DNA of 64,000 nt from an uncultured Actinomycetota bacterium (GCA_963778435.1 CAVZUX010000018.1:57250-121249); one strand, 5' to 3'; positions 1 to 10,390 are shown, counted from the stretch's first letter. Notes: generated from the sequence alone by a model not told the origin. Made by a program: numbers and translations.

Positions 1-1
1 G

Positions 2-595
2 ACCGTCCCGGTAGGCTCGCGGCTCCGGCAGGTCGACGTCGCCACGGAGTTCAAGGTCTCGACCACGCCGGTCCGGGAGGCGTTCCGCACGCTGGCCACC
101 GAGGGCCTCGTCCAGATCGACGAGCACCGGGGCGTCGTGGTGCGGCGCCTGTCGCTCGAGGAGTGCATCGAGCTCCAGGAGCTAATCATCGTCGTCGAGT
201 CCGACAACCTGATGCACTCGATACCCATGATGGACGACCAGACCCTGAGCGAGGCCGAGTCGACCTGCCGCAAGATGCTGCGCGGAGGCAAGCAGTACCC
301 GCTGCTCAACCGGGAGCTCCACCTCACCCTCGCCCGCCCTTCCGGTCGGCGCAGGTCGATCGCGCTGCTCGCGGAGATGCTCACGCTCAGCGCGCTGCAC
401 GTCCGCGAGGACACGCGCCGCATCGAGGGCCGCCGCGAGCAGTCCCACCACGAGCACCACGCCCTCGTCGAGGCGGCGCGCGCCCGGGACGCCGAGGGCG
501 CCGCCGAGATCGTGCGCCAGCACTGCCAGCCGATCCTGTCGCTGCTCAAGCGTGACCTCGCGGCGGTGACGGGCGTCGGCCGTCCCGCGCCCTGA
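2..595 (+). CDS. GntR (FCD) family transcriptional regulator, 5' truncated by window edge
   Basis: Frame 2 is open from the window start: GSRLRQVDVATEFKVSTTPVREAFRTLATEGLV (GntR HTH). C-terminal EHHALVEAARARDAEGAAEIVRQH is FCD-like. Confidence 0.85.
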   Translation, partial: TVPVGSRLRQVDVATEFKVSTTPVREAFRTLATEGLVQIDEHRGVVVRRLSLEECIELQELIIVVESDNLMHSIPMMDDQTLSEAESTCRKMLRGGKQYPLLNRELHLTLARPSGRRRSIALLAEMLTLSALHVREDTRRIEGRREQSHHEHHALVEAARARDAEGAAEIVRQHCQPILSLLKRDLAAVTGVGRPAP

Positions 596-815
596 CCGGC
601 CCGCGGCGGGGAGGGGTTGGCCCGTCTGTTCGGGTACATGGAATGAGAACGGTCGTGGTCGTGAGTTGATGCTCGGGTGGGGGGGACGTCGCTGACACGT
701 TCCTGACATCCATGATGACCGTCATGTTTCCTGGAGCGGGCCGACGTTAGAAGTCGATTACGCGTCTTGCGCAGACCGGAACCGCAGGCCAGGATCATGG
801 CCGTGGCAAATTATG

Positions 816-829
816 CACAATCCATTGTG
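816..829. promoter_or_regulatory. Palindrome CACAAT-CC-ATTGTG, candidate operator upstream of the ABC operon
   Basis: Inverted repeat in an AT-richer patch between the GntR gene and the operon starting at 907. Confidence 0.35.
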
Positions 830-906
830 TCGAACGATCACCGCCAGCCGTCCGCCGTCCGCCACGGCACGACGCCAGGGCCACGGCTCCGGCGCGCGGG
901 CCGTCC

Positions 907-1863
907 ATGACGGCGGGAGTCGTGGTAGAGCGGCTGGCCAAGTCGTTCGGCACGCACCAGGCGTTGTCTAGCCTTGACCTCGACGTCCCGGCAGGGACCA
1001 TAGGGGCGGTCCTCGGGCCGAACGGAGCCGGGAAGACAACCACCATCCGCATCCTCGCCACCCTGGACCAGGCCGACGGCGGGCGGGCCCTGGTCGGTGG
1101 CTTTGACGTCCGGCGCGAGCCGCACCAGGTCCGCTCGATCATCTCCCTTACCGGGCAGTACGCGGCGGTGGACGGGGACCTGACCGCCCGCGAGAACCTG
1201 ATCATGATCGGCCGGCTCTACCGCCTGAAGGGCCCGGCCGCCCGACGCCGCGCCGATGAACTGCTCGAGCGGTTCGGGCTCGCCGCCACCGCCGGGCGGC
1301 TGACGCGCACCTACTCCGGCGGCATGCGCCGAAGGCTGGACCTCGCGCTGAGCCTGGTCTGGCCGCCCAAGGTGCTGTTCCTCGACGAGCCGACCACCGG
1401 GCTCGACCCGCCGAGCCGCGAGGAACTCTGGGCCGTGGTGCGCGACCTGCGCGCCGAAGGCACCACCGTGGTCCTGACGACTCAGTACCTGGAGGAGGCT
1501 GACCGCCTTGCCGACCGGGTGACGGTCATCGACAAGGGGCAGGCGGTCGCCTCGGGCCAGGCCGCCGAGCTCAAGTCCGCCTACGGGGCAGACGTCCTGG
1601 AGCTTTCCGCGGCCGATCGCACGGTGGCGGAACAGGCCGCCAGGGTGCTCGTCGACCGCGCTGGGCTCGGCAAGGGCACCGCCCGCGTGACCGACGACGC
1701 CGCGACGGCATCGATCACGGTGCCCGCTGGCAGCTACTCGGTCGTTGAGGCGATCCGGTTGCTGGATGCCGAGGGCCTGCGCCTTGATGACATCCGCATC
1801 AGGAACGCCTCACTCGACGAGGTATTCGCGGCGCTGACCGCTCACACCGGGGCGGACCAGTGA
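907..1863 (+). CDS. ABC exporter ATP-binding subunit (DrrA family)
   Basis: Walker A GPNGAGKTT, signature YSGGMRRRLDLA, Walker B LFLDEPTTGLDP, LTTQYLEEAD. Confidence 0.92.
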   Translation: MTAGVVVERLAKSFGTHQALSSLDLDVPAGTIGAVLGPNGAGKTTTIRILATLDQADGGRALVGGFDVRREPHQVRSIISLTGQYAAVDGDLTARENLIMIGRLYRLKGPAARRRADELLERFGLAATAGRLTRTYSGGMRRRLDLALSLVWPPKVLFLDEPTTGLDPPSREELWAVVRDLRAEGTTVVLTTQYLEEADRLADRVTVIDKGQAVASGQAAELKSAYGADVLELSAADRTVAEQAARVLVDRAGLGKGTARVTDDAATASITVPAGSYSVVEAIRLLDAEGLRLDDIRIRNASLDEVFAALTAHTGADQ

Positions 1864-2687
1864 GCGAGCTCGGCTTCGCGAGCACCCTGGAGGTTACCGG
1901 CGCGGCGTCCATCGGCGATCGCCTCACGCTCGGCCAGGCATTGCAGAACGTCGAAACCGTCGCGTTCCGCAACCTGCTGAAGTTCTACCGGAACCGGCAG
2001 TTGCTGCTGTTGTCCATCGTCCAGCCGCTGACCAACATGATGCTGTTCGCGTACGTGTTCAACAATGTCGCCAAGGTCCCCGGCATCCCGTACCGCCAGT
2101 ACGTCATCCCCGGCGTCCTGATCCAGGCCGTTATGGTCGCCGCAATGCGAACGGGCGTCGCCGTGTCGCACGACGCTGACTCTGGCATGAACGACCGCTT
2201 CCGCTCGCTGCCGATCTCCCGGGCAGCGGCACTGCTCGGACGCACGATCAGCGACACGATCCGCATCGGCGTGCAGACGGTTGTGCTGGCCATCATCGCC
2301 GTGACCGTAATCGGCTTCGACTTCCGGATGGGGCCACTGCGCGCGATCGCCTCGGTCGCCGTGATCGTCTTGTTCGGGCTGGCGGTCACGTCCTTCGCGG
2401 CCTGGGTCGGCCTCGCGGCGAGCGACCCGGAGTCCGCGCAGACGATCCTGATCACGCCAACCCTGCCATTGGTCTTCGGCAGCTCCGGATTCGCCCCGGT
2501 GAGCAGCCTGCCGGGCTGGCTGCAGGTGTTCGCCCGGGTCAACCCGGTCACCTCGGCGGTCGACCTGTCGCGCAACCTCGCCATCGGGGGCGGGCTGGTC
2601 GCGCCGCTGATCCACTACCTCATCTGGTGGGCAGCCCTCACCACCTTGTTCACCTGGCTCGCCGTCCGCCGCTATCAGCGCGGCTGA
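1860..2687 (+). CDS. ABC-2 type exporter permease (DrrB family)
   Basis: DRFRSLPISR and LPGWLQVFARVNPVT motifs, about 6 TM segments, GTGA overlap with the ATPase gene. Confidence 0.9.
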   Translation: MSELGFASTLEVTGAASIGDRLTLGQALQNVETVAFRNLLKFYRNRQLLLLSIVQPLTNMMLFAYVFNNVAKVPGIPYRQYVIPGVLIQAVMVAAMRTGVAVSHDADSGMNDRFRSLPISRAAALLGRTISDTIRIGVQTVVLAIIAVTVIGFDFRMGPLRAIASVAVIVLFGLAVTSFAAWVGLAASDPESAQTILITPTLPLVFGSSGFAPVSSLPGWLQVFARVNPVTSAVDLSRNLAIGGGLVAPLIHYLIWWAALTTLFTWLAVRRYQRG

Positions 2688-2736
2688 GCCCCGCCGCCAT
2701 GACCCGAACCCGGCCGAGCACCCAGGGAGTGCCGAC

Positions 2737-3747
2737 ATGAAACCCAGGATCTTTGTCTCCCAGCCAATTCCCGAGGTGGCCCTCGATCGCATGCGCGAGT
2801 TCGGCGAGGTCGAGGTGTTCCCCTTCGCACACCGGGAAATCAGCGTGGGTGAACTTGAGAGCGCGGCCCGCCGCTCGGACTACGTGTTCTGCATGCATTC
2901 GATTCCCATAACGGAATCGATGGTGGCCGCAAACCCCAGCCTCATCGGATACGGCGTGGCCCACGTGCGGCCGGACGTGCACGCGATCCAGGCGGTCGAG
3001 GGGGCCGGGATCAAGTTCCTGGTCGCCGACTCCCCCGAGCCGCCCGCCGACGGCGGCTGGAGCCTGAATGGCTACGGCCTCAACCCGCGCGCCACCGCCG
3101 ACCTCATGGTGACACTGCTGCTTAACCTGGCTTACCGAGTGGCCGAGGCCGACAGGTACTGCCGCGGTAACGGCTACTTCCAGGAAATGACCATGGACCT
3201 CATGGGCCAGGGCTGCACGGGCAAGACCGTCTCGCTGTACGGGCTGGGCAAGGTCGCCCGGCAGGCCGTCCGCAAGCTCAAGGCGCTCGACATGAACGTC
3301 CTGTACACGAAGCGGACGCGGCTGTCGCCTGAGGAAGAAGCCGAGATGGGCATCGAATGGGTCGCCGACCCCGATGAGCTCATCAGTCGCGGCGACTACG
3401 TGTGCATGCTGGCCAACTTCGAGGACGCGAACCTGCGGCTGATGGGCGAGCGCGAGTTCAAGCTCATGAAGCCGACCGCCTACTTCATCAACGTGGCGCG
3501 CGGCCGGCTTGTCGACCAGGAGGCCCTGATCAAGGCGCTGCAGGATGGCACGATCGCCGGCGCCGGGCTCGACGTGTTCTGGCACGAGCCGCCACTCGTG
3601 CGCGACGCCTGGGTGCAGACCGAGCTCCGCAAGATGGACAACGTCGTGCTCACCCCGCACAACGGCGGCGCGACCTATGACTCGCGTGGCGCGCAGACGC
3701 TGGGCATCGCGAACGCCATCGTCAAGGAGATCGTCTCCCGCACATAA
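2737..3747 (+). CDS. D-isomer-specific 2-hydroxyacid dehydrogenase (glyoxylate reductase-like)
   Basis: MKPTAYFINVARG, GAGLDVFWHEP and VVLTPH supply the Arg/Glu/His triad. Rossmann motif YGLGKVA. Confidence 0.85.
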   Translation: MKPRIFVSQPIPEVALDRMREFGEVEVFPFAHREISVGELESAARRSDYVFCMHSIPITESMVAANPSLIGYGVAHVRPDVHAIQAVEGAGIKFLVADSPEPPADGGWSLNGYGLNPRATADLMVTLLLNLAYRVAEADRYCRGNGYFQEMTMDLMGQGCTGKTVSLYGLGKVARQAVRKLKALDMNVLYTKRTRLSPEEEAEMGIEWVADPDELISRGDYVCMLANFEDANLRLMGEREFKLMKPTAYFINVARGRLVDQEALIKALQDGTIAGAGLDVFWHEPPLVRDAWVQTELRKMDNVVLTPHNGGATYDSRGAQTLGIANAIVKEIVSRT

Positions 3748-3866
3748 CCACCGTCGCCGCTGACATTCGCCGAATTCACACCGGAGTGAATGCCGGCCTC
3801 CTTATCACAACTCTTCCCAATTTTTACCGGGCATTCCGGTTCAGCGTATTGTGAAAGGTAACCGAC

Positions 3867-5434
3867 GTGGCTCAGAACGTTTCCAGAAGAACCTTCATCG
3901 CAATTGGCGGCGGCGGCCTCAGCGCCGCGTTCCTGGCCGCCTGCGCCGGCAGCACCACGCCCGCTGCTAGCACATCGACCAGCACGGCAGCAGCCGGCAC
4001 CGCGAAACGCGGGGGACGCTGCGGGTCGGAAGCATCGGCAGCAGCGCCGACATCCTCGACACCACCTTCTCCTCAACCGACATAGACCAGCAACGTAACC
4101 AGAACGTCTACGACAGCCTGAAGTACATCAGCCCGGACCTGCCGTACCAGACCGAGTACGCGCTGGCCGAGTCGATTGAGCTCAACCCCGCGGCGACCGT
4201 TGCGACGGTACGGCTGCGGAAGGGCGTCGAGTTCCACAACGGCAAGTCGCTGACCGCCGACGACCTGATCTTCACCATGCGCCGCATCCTGGACCCCGAT
4301 AAGCCAGGTAAGGCCGCCACATCGTTTGCCGCCGTCGATCCCGGCAGCATCAAGAAGCTCGACGCCCTTACCGTCCAGTTCAACCTGGCGACGCCCGACT
4401 CGCTGTTCGCCCAGCGGTGGGGGTCGGCATCGACGAACATCGTGCCTACGGACTTCGACCCCGCCAAGCCCGTGGGCACCGGGCCGTTCAAGGTGCTGAG
4501 CTTCACGCCGGGCTCGCGCAGCGTCTTGGTGCGCAACCCCCACTACTGGATGCCGGGTGAGCCCTACCTGGACGAGGTCGAGATCATCGACTTCTCCGAC
4601 AACACGTCCCGGGTAGCGGCCCTGCTCTCCGGGCAGTTGGACGCGATCGACGGCGTCGACCCATCGGACCTTAGGCAGCTCCCCTCCGGCGGCTTCGTCA
4701 CGCAGATCACGAAGTCAGGCTTCTACCAGCCGATCACGATGCGGGTCGACGAGGCGCCCTTCAACGACGTCCGGGTCCGGCAGGCGTTCCGGCTCATGGT
4801 CGACCGGCCGCAGATGATCGCCCAGGCTTACAGCGGGTACGGGCAGATTGCCAACGACATGCCGTTCCCCGCCGACGCTGCGTACCCGGACCTCCCCCAG
4901 AGGGTCCAGGACATTGCCCAGGCCAAGAGCCTGCTCAAGGCGGCGGGGCACGAGGGCCTTGCGGTCACCTTCACCACTACCCCCGAGAACGGCGGCCTCG
5001 TCGCCACCGCACAGGTCTTCGCGCAGCAAGCCGCGGCGGCGGGCGTCAAGGTCACGGTCAACGACCTCACCCCGACGTCGTACGACGCGGGCTTCAAGAG
5101 CTGGCCGTTCACGAACGGCTACTGGGCCGCCAACACCCTAGGCCTGGGCTACTCCGGGCGGTTCCTGAAGTCCGGCGGCTTGAACGACAGCCACTGGAAT
5201 GACCCGGCCGGCGCCGCCCTCTACGCGGACCTGCTGAAGACCCCGGACCCAGCCAAGCAGAAGACCTACGCCACAGAGCTGTTCCAGCGGTTCTATGACA
5301 TGGGACCGGACATCATCCACAGCTTCAAGAACAACATCGACGTCTACAGCAGCAACTTCCACGGATTCCAGCCGTTCAACTCGACCGGCTGGGCCCTCGG
5401 CTCGTGGCGGTACCGCAACGTGTGGACCAGCTAG
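3867..5434 (+). CDS. Peptide/nickel ABC substrate-binding lipoprotein (family 5), Tat signal; frameshifted at ~4020-4100
   Basis: SRRTFI twin-arginine motif plus LAAC lipobox. RLRKGVEFHNGKSLTADDL, PVGTGPFK and PFNDVRVRQAF follow in a different frame. Confidence 0.85.
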
Positions 5435-5467
5435 CCCGCGCCATCATCGGAGCAACGAGAGGACGTC

Positions 5468-6427
5468 ATGCTCAAGACAATCCTCCTGCGTCGACTCGTC
5501 GGCGGCATCTTCATCTTGTGGCTAGTCTCGGTGCTGGTCTTCGCGGCCATCCACCTGCTGCCGGGTAACGCGGCAACGATCCTGGTCGGGCATAGCGACA
5601 CCACGCCGCAGGAGGTCGCCTCGCTCACCCGGCAGCTCGGGCTGGACCAGCCGCTGATCGTCCAGTACGGACGCTGGATCAAGGGCCTGGTCACGGGCGA
5701 CTGGGGGACCTCCCTCGTGTCATCGCTGCAGGTGTCGTACATCGTGCGCACCCGGCTGGAGAACTCCGGAGCTCTCACGCTGATCAGCATGCTGATGCTC
5801 AGCCCGCTCGCGATCATCATCGGGACGGTGAGCGCGATCCGCCGTAACCGCGCGATCGATCACGTCACGTCTCTCGTTACGCTCTGCCTCAGCGCCGTCC
5901 CGGCGTTCGCCATCGGCGTCATGGTCATCTACCTGTTGGCGACTAACGTCGTCCACTGGCTTCCCGCGGCCAGCATCCTCAACCCCGACGAGCCGGTGTG
6001 GTCACAGCTGAACCTGGTCATCGCGCCGGCGATCACGGTCGCGCTAGCCATGATCCCGTACCCGATCCGGATGGTCCGAGCCACCATGATCGAGGTGCTG
6101 GACAGTGACTACGTCATGCTGGCCCGGCTCAAGGGAATTCCCGAGCGTCAGGTGATCTTCCGGCACGCGCTGCGCAACGGGCTCGGCCCGATCATCCAGA
6201 GCCTGGCGCTGACCCTGCTGTTCCTGTCCGGCGGCATCATCGTCGTCGAGACCGTCTTCTCCTACCCGGGCGTGGGGTACGCGCTGGTGCAGGGAGTCAG
6301 CCAGCGGGACGTCCCGGTGGTGCAAACCATCGTCGTCCTGCTGGCTGCCTTCTGCGTGGTCATCAACCTGGCGGCCGACCTCGCGGTGGCGTTCGCCACT
6401 CCCCGTCTCCGGACGGCCCTGAGATGA
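5468..6427 (+). CDS. Peptide ABC permease (DppB/OppB-like)
   Basis: LGLDQPLIVQYGRW, DYVMLARLKG, RHALRNGL, VETVFSYPGVG. Confidence 0.92.
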   Translation: MLKTILLRRLVGGIFILWLVSVLVFAAIHLLPGNAATILVGHSDTTPQEVASLTRQLGLDQPLIVQYGRWIKGLVTGDWGTSLVSSLQVSYIVRTRLENSGALTLISMLMLSPLAIIIGTVSAIRRNRAIDHVTSLVTLCLSAVPAFAIGVMVIYLLATNVVHWLPAASILNPDEPVWSQLNLVIAPAITVALAMIPYPIRMVRATMIEVLDSDYVMLARLKGIPERQVIFRHALRNGLGPIIQSLALTLLFLSGGIIVVETVFSYPGVGYALVQGVSQRDVPVVQTIVVLLAAFCVVINLAADLAVAFATPRLRTALR

Positions 6428-6470
6428 GCCGTGGCATGAGTCCCCGCGCCCGGATCCCGAGGAGGACGTC

Positions 6471-7379
6471 ATGACCAGCGTCTCACCCATGCCCGCTCCG
6501 CTGGAGGCGGCCGAGGGGCCGGCAGTCACGCTACTTACCCGGCACCGGGGGCTCGTGCGGCAGGCCCTGATGCTGCGCCGGACTCAGATAGGCCTGGCTG
6601 CCATCGCGGCGCTGATCGGCCTCGCTCTCATCGGCCCGCTGTTCGCCCCGCATAGCGCGACCGAATTCGTCGGCCCGCCGTTCAGCGGCCCCTCGGGGGC
6701 CGCCCCGTTCGGCACCGACACCCTCGGCCGCGACGTGCTCAGCCGGTTTCTTGACGGTGGGCGCAAGATCCTGACGATCGCGTTCGCGGGGACGGCCCTG
6801 GGCATCGCCGTGGGCACCGCGCTCGGCCTGGTCTGCGGCTATTCCAAGCGGGTGGTCGATGACATCGCGATGCGCCTGGTCGACCTGCTGATGGCCTTCC
6901 CTGGAATCGTCCTCGCCCTCCTGCTGCTCACCATCGGCGGCACACAAGACTGGGTGCTCATCGGCGTCGTGGCGCTCAGCTTCATGCCGCACACCTCACG
7001 CGTCGTACGCTCGTCGACCATGCAGCTGCGCGACGCAGACTTCGTCCTGTACGCCCAGGGCACGGGCACGCCGGCATGGCGCATCCTGTTCCAGGAGATC
7101 CTGCCGAACATCGCCGCCCCGCTGACCGTTGAGTTCGGCCTGCGGCTCACGCAGTCGATCGGAACCATCGCCGGCCTGGACTACCTCGGGCTCGGCGCAC
7201 AGCCGCCGACCGCCGACTGGGGACTCATGGTCCAGGAGAACCAAAGCGGGCTGATAAGCGCGCCGTGGAGCGTACTTCTGCCCATCATCGCCATCGCGGC
7301 GCTGGCGATCGGCGTCAACCTGGTCACCGACGGCATCGCTCAGGCCTCGGCAGGCATCGACCGGACGCTTGACCCGTGA
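6471..7379 (+). CDS. Peptide ABC permease (DppC/OppC-like)
   Basis: PFGTDTLGRDVLSR, EILPN, LGLGAQPPTADWG. Confidence 0.92.
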   Translation: MTSVSPMPAPLEAAEGPAVTLLTRHRGLVRQALMLRRTQIGLAAIAALIGLALIGPLFAPHSATEFVGPPFSGPSGAAPFGTDTLGRDVLSRFLDGGRKILTIAFAGTALGIAVGTALGLVCGYSKRVVDDIAMRLVDLLMAFPGIVLALLLLTIGGTQDWVLIGVVALSFMPHTSRVVRSSTMQLRDADFVLYAQGTGTPAWRILFQEILPNIAAPLTVEFGLRLTQSIGTIAGLDYLGLGAQPPTADWGLMVQENQSGLISAPWSVLLPIIAIAALAIGVNLVTDGIAQASAGIDRTLDP

Positions 7380-7418
7380 GCCCCAGATCATCAGGCAACC
7401 CACCAGAGAGGAACCCCC

Positions 7419-8162
7419 ATGCCAGCTGCCAGGGAAGAGATGGCGCTTTCCTTCGGCGCGAGCGCCGCCACCTACGATCGGCTCCGGCCGGGTTATCCTG
7501 GCGCCGCCATTGACCAGGCGATCGGCGCGGCGGCGATTGCCGGCGCCGTCGACCTCGGCGCTGGTACCGGGCGGCTTACGGCGTCGCTGTGCGAGCGGGG
7601 GCTGGAGGTAATCGCCCTTGAGCCGGACGTTGAGATGGCGAAGCTGCTTACCGTCCGGCTACCGCAGGTTCGCGTCGAAATCGCGACGGCGGAGCACATG
7701 CCGCTGCCCGACGCGTCAGTCGACGCCGTCTTCATCGGGCAAGCCTTCCACTGGTTCTCCCGGCCGGAAGCCGACCGGGAGATTGCCCGCGTGCTGCGGC
7801 CAGGGGGGATCGTGGCCATCCTCACCAACGTCAACCCTGACGACGCGGACTGGGAAGGCATCCTCTACCGCTTTGTGCTCGGGGAAAAGCAGCCGTCGAT
7901 AGCCCACGCGCCTGCCGCCCTGGACCCGGGGCTGTTCACCGACGAGACGGCGGATTTGGTGCCCAACCCGCAGCAGCTTCCTCTCGCCGACTTCCTCACC
8001 CTGCCCACGACGTGGAGCTGGGTGGCAACCGCGACCGCCGCGCAGCAGGCGCAGGTCGCGGCGGAGGCACGCCAGCTCGCCCAGCGGATCGCCGACCCTG
8101 GCGGCGAGACCGTAACGATGCCTTACAGCACGAGGGTGGTCCGCGCGGTCCGCCAATCCTGA
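7419..8162 (+). CDS. Class I SAM-dependent methyltransferase
   Basis: YDRLRPGYP, VDLGAGTG, QAFHWF, RVLRPGG. Confidence 0.88.
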   Translation: MPAAREEMALSFGASAATYDRLRPGYPGAAIDQAIGAAAIAGAVDLGAGTGRLTASLCERGLEVIALEPDVEMAKLLTVRLPQVRVEIATAEHMPLPDASVDAVFIGQAFHWFSRPEADREIARVLRPGGIVAILTNVNPDDADWEGILYRFVLGEKQPSIAHAPAALDPGLFTDETADLVPNPQQLPLADFLTLPTTWSWVATATAAQQAQVAAEARQLAQRIADPGGETVTMPYSTRVVRAVRQS

Positions 8163-8178
8163 GGCCTGCGTCGCATCT

Positions 8179-8379
8179 GTGGCAATCGACGGCCGGCTTG
8201 AGATCGTGCCCGCCCCGACGCCCATGCGACTGGTCGACGAGGGCGACGGCGTCACGGCGGTCGCCGACGTCGAGATGCCCGTGCTCGCCGAGCACAACGC
8301 CACTCTCCTGAGCCTCGACCAGCGGGCCGCGGCGACCTACGAGACCGTCGGCGCCCACGTGGAGCAACTGCTCGGCTAG
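8179..8379 (+). pseudogene. Collapsed VapBC remnant: AbrB-type VapB C-half fused to PIN/VapC C-terminus
   Basis: DGRLEIVPAPTPMRLVDEGDG..PVL resembles an AbrB-type VapB. AEHNATLLSLDQRAAATYETVG resembles a VapC C-terminus. Confidence 0.6.
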
Positions 8380-8588
8380 CCGCGCCATACGGCCATTGGT
8401 GGTGTTCTAAGCCTGGGTCGCCGAGCCCGAGGACGCCACCGCCGAGCCCGACAGTGCCAGCTGAACCCGGACATCGCACAGCGCCAGCCCGAACACGCTG
8501 GCTGGCGCCGCCGGGTCTGCAGTGAAGGGTCACCGGGCGCGGGACTCAGCGCATGCTCCGGCAGCATCCGCTTCCCACCCGCCAAGGA

Positions 8589-8614
8589 GCAACCTCATCC
8601 GGGAAGGAGCCGTC
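8589..8614 (+). promoter_or_regulatory. ECF-type promoter GCAACC-N16-CGTC (likely autoregulation)
   Basis: AAC and CGTC boxes lie ~30 bp upstream of the ECF sigma gene. Confidence 0.5.
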
Positions 8615-8645
8615 TTAGCGGTGGTTCCGAAGAACGGGAGGTTAC

Positions 8646-9170
8646 ATGGACAAACGGCAGACGCGAGCCTTCGAGGGGTTCGCCGCCGAGTCCGGCGCTG
8701 AACTGTTGCGCATCGCAACGGTGCTCACGTCGGATCCGCATACCGCCGAAGACGTTTACCAGGAGACACTGCAGCGGCTTGCCGCGCGCTGGCCGCGCGT
8801 GGACAACCCCAAGGCGTTCTGCCGCCGGGTGATGTACAACATCGTCGTCGACCAGATAAGGGCCCGTGCCAGGCGACCGCGCGAGCTGCGCCTGCATGAC
8901 GCGGGCGAGCGGAGCGACCCGCGGGCGGCCGACCGGCACGATTCCGTCGAGCTCTGGCCGACGCTGCGCACCGCGCTTGGCAGCCTCACCATCCAGCAGC
9001 GCACCGTCATCGCGCTGCGGTACCTCGACGACTGCAGCGAGGCCGAGACGGCCAAGCTGCTCGGCATCTCCGTCGGCACCGTCAAGAGCACGGCCTCGCG
9101 CTCCATCGCGCACCTGCGCGCGTTTCCCGGACTCGCCGACCTCTTCACCGCCACCGAAAGCATGTTGTGA
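8646..9170 (+). CDS. ECF RNA polymerase sigma factor (SigE family)
   Basis: AEDVYQETL region 2 and QRTVIALRYLDDCSEAETAKLLGISVGTVKS region 4. Confidence 0.9.
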   Translation: MDKRQTRAFEGFAAESGAELLRIATVLTSDPHTAEDVYQETLQRLAARWPRVDNPKAFCRRVMYNIVVDQIRARARRPRELRLHDAGERSDPRAADRHDSVELWPTLRTALGSLTIQQRTVIALRYLDDCSEAETAKLLGISVGTVKSTASRSIAHLRAFPGLADLFTATESML

Positions 9171-10216
9171 AAGGACTACCGATGCCCGTCACCGACGAAG
9201 ACATCGTCCGCGATCTGCTGCATCGCTACACCGACCACCTGCAGCCGCCAGACTCCATCGCGACGCAGGTGGCAGCCAGGCAACTCCGCCTGCACCGCCG
9301 CCGCCGCGTGGCGTCCCTGACCGCCGCGGGTACCGCGCTGGCCGCGGCGGCCGGCGTCATCGCCGTCGTTCCCGGGCACGCGTCGCGTGCGCCTGGAATC
9401 GCACGGCCAGCGATAAGCCTGCCGATCAAGATCACCAAGCAGCCCGCGCTCAAGCTGACGGCGGAGCAGCGCACGCTCTACAAGCTCAGCACCGTCGCCG
9501 CCAGCCAGCCGCCGGGGCAGGGCCGCTATGCGGTGATGATGACCAGGGGAGTCGACATCAAGGACACCACCGTCATCGACAGCCGCACCGGCGACATGTG
9601 GTCCTACCAGCAGGGCACCGACGGTTTGCCGTCAGGTAAGGGGTTCACCAAGAACTATTCGCCGACCGCGGCGCAGTTCGCCGCCATGCCCACCGGCCTG
9701 GTGGCCTTGCGGGCCGCGCTCATCGCCCAGTGGGACGCGCAGAACAAGCCGGGGCCGAACCCGAACAACGTCCCCACAGAGCCGATCCCGTTCAACGACA
9801 ACGACAGGCTGTTCCAGCAGGCGACCTTCCTGCTATGGAACCCGCTCGTCGGCCCGGACCTGCGGTCGGCGCTTTACCAGGTGCTCGCGACCGTGCCGGG
9901 GGTCACGGTCAACTCCTCGGCGCGCGACGCGACCGGCCAGCGGGCGGTTGAGATCAGCCGGACCGACACGAGCGGGCTGCCTGGCGGCCAGTCGGGCCCG
10001 TCAGCCTACGCGACCGTCAAGTCGGACCACACCACCTACGCGACCTACGAGAACCCCACAACCGGCGCTCTACTCGAAACGGCGATCACCTATCCGCCGG
10101 GGTCCGGCGAAGTCACCCCCCAGGATCCCAACGGAACCTCCGCCTTCGTCGATGCAACCGTGTACCTGTCCATCACCTGGGCAAGCACCGTCCCGTCCAA
10201 CCCCTACAGCGGCTGA
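9167..10216 (+). CDS. Membrane-anchored putative anti-sigma factor (CU044_5270-like)
   Basis: Coupled to the sigma gene. Short N-domain, RRRR plus one TM, extracellular domain with PDLRSALYQVLATVPGV..DATGQ. Confidence 0.7.
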   Translation: MKGLPMPVTDEDIVRDLLHRYTDHLQPPDSIATQVAARQLRLHRRRRVASLTAAGTALAAAAGVIAVVPGHASRAPGIARPAISLPIKITKQPALKLTAEQRTLYKLSTVAASQPPGQGRYAVMMTRGVDIKDTTVIDSRTGDMWSYQQGTDGLPSGKGFTKNYSPTAAQFAAMPTGLVALRAALIAQWDAQNKPGPNPNNVPTEPIPFNDNDRLFQQATFLLWNPLVGPDLRSALYQVLATVPGVTVNSSARDATGQRAVEISRTDTSGLPGGQSGPSAYATVKSDHTTYATYENPTTGALLETAITYPPGSGEVTPQDPNGTSAFVDATVYLSITWASTVPSNPYSG

Positions 10217-10234
10217 TAGACGTCACGGGTCACA

Positions 10235-10291
10235 GCCACGGTCCGTTCAGAAGAAGGATTTTGAATTCTTTTCTTCTGAACGGACCGTGGC
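10235..10291. repeat. Palindromic element: perfect 21-bp arms GCCACGGTCCGTTCAGAAGAA with a 15-nt loop
   Basis: Arms 10235-10255 and 10271-10291 are exact reverse complements. The core recurs elsewhere in the window. Confidence 0.9.
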
Positions 10292-10390
10292 GACTGTCCC
10301 CCGGTAAATAGTTCCCCACTGCTGGCGGAGATGGACGCTGTGCAGGGTGCCACGGGGGGACGCGTCAGGTACGACCGTATGCTGGCGGAC

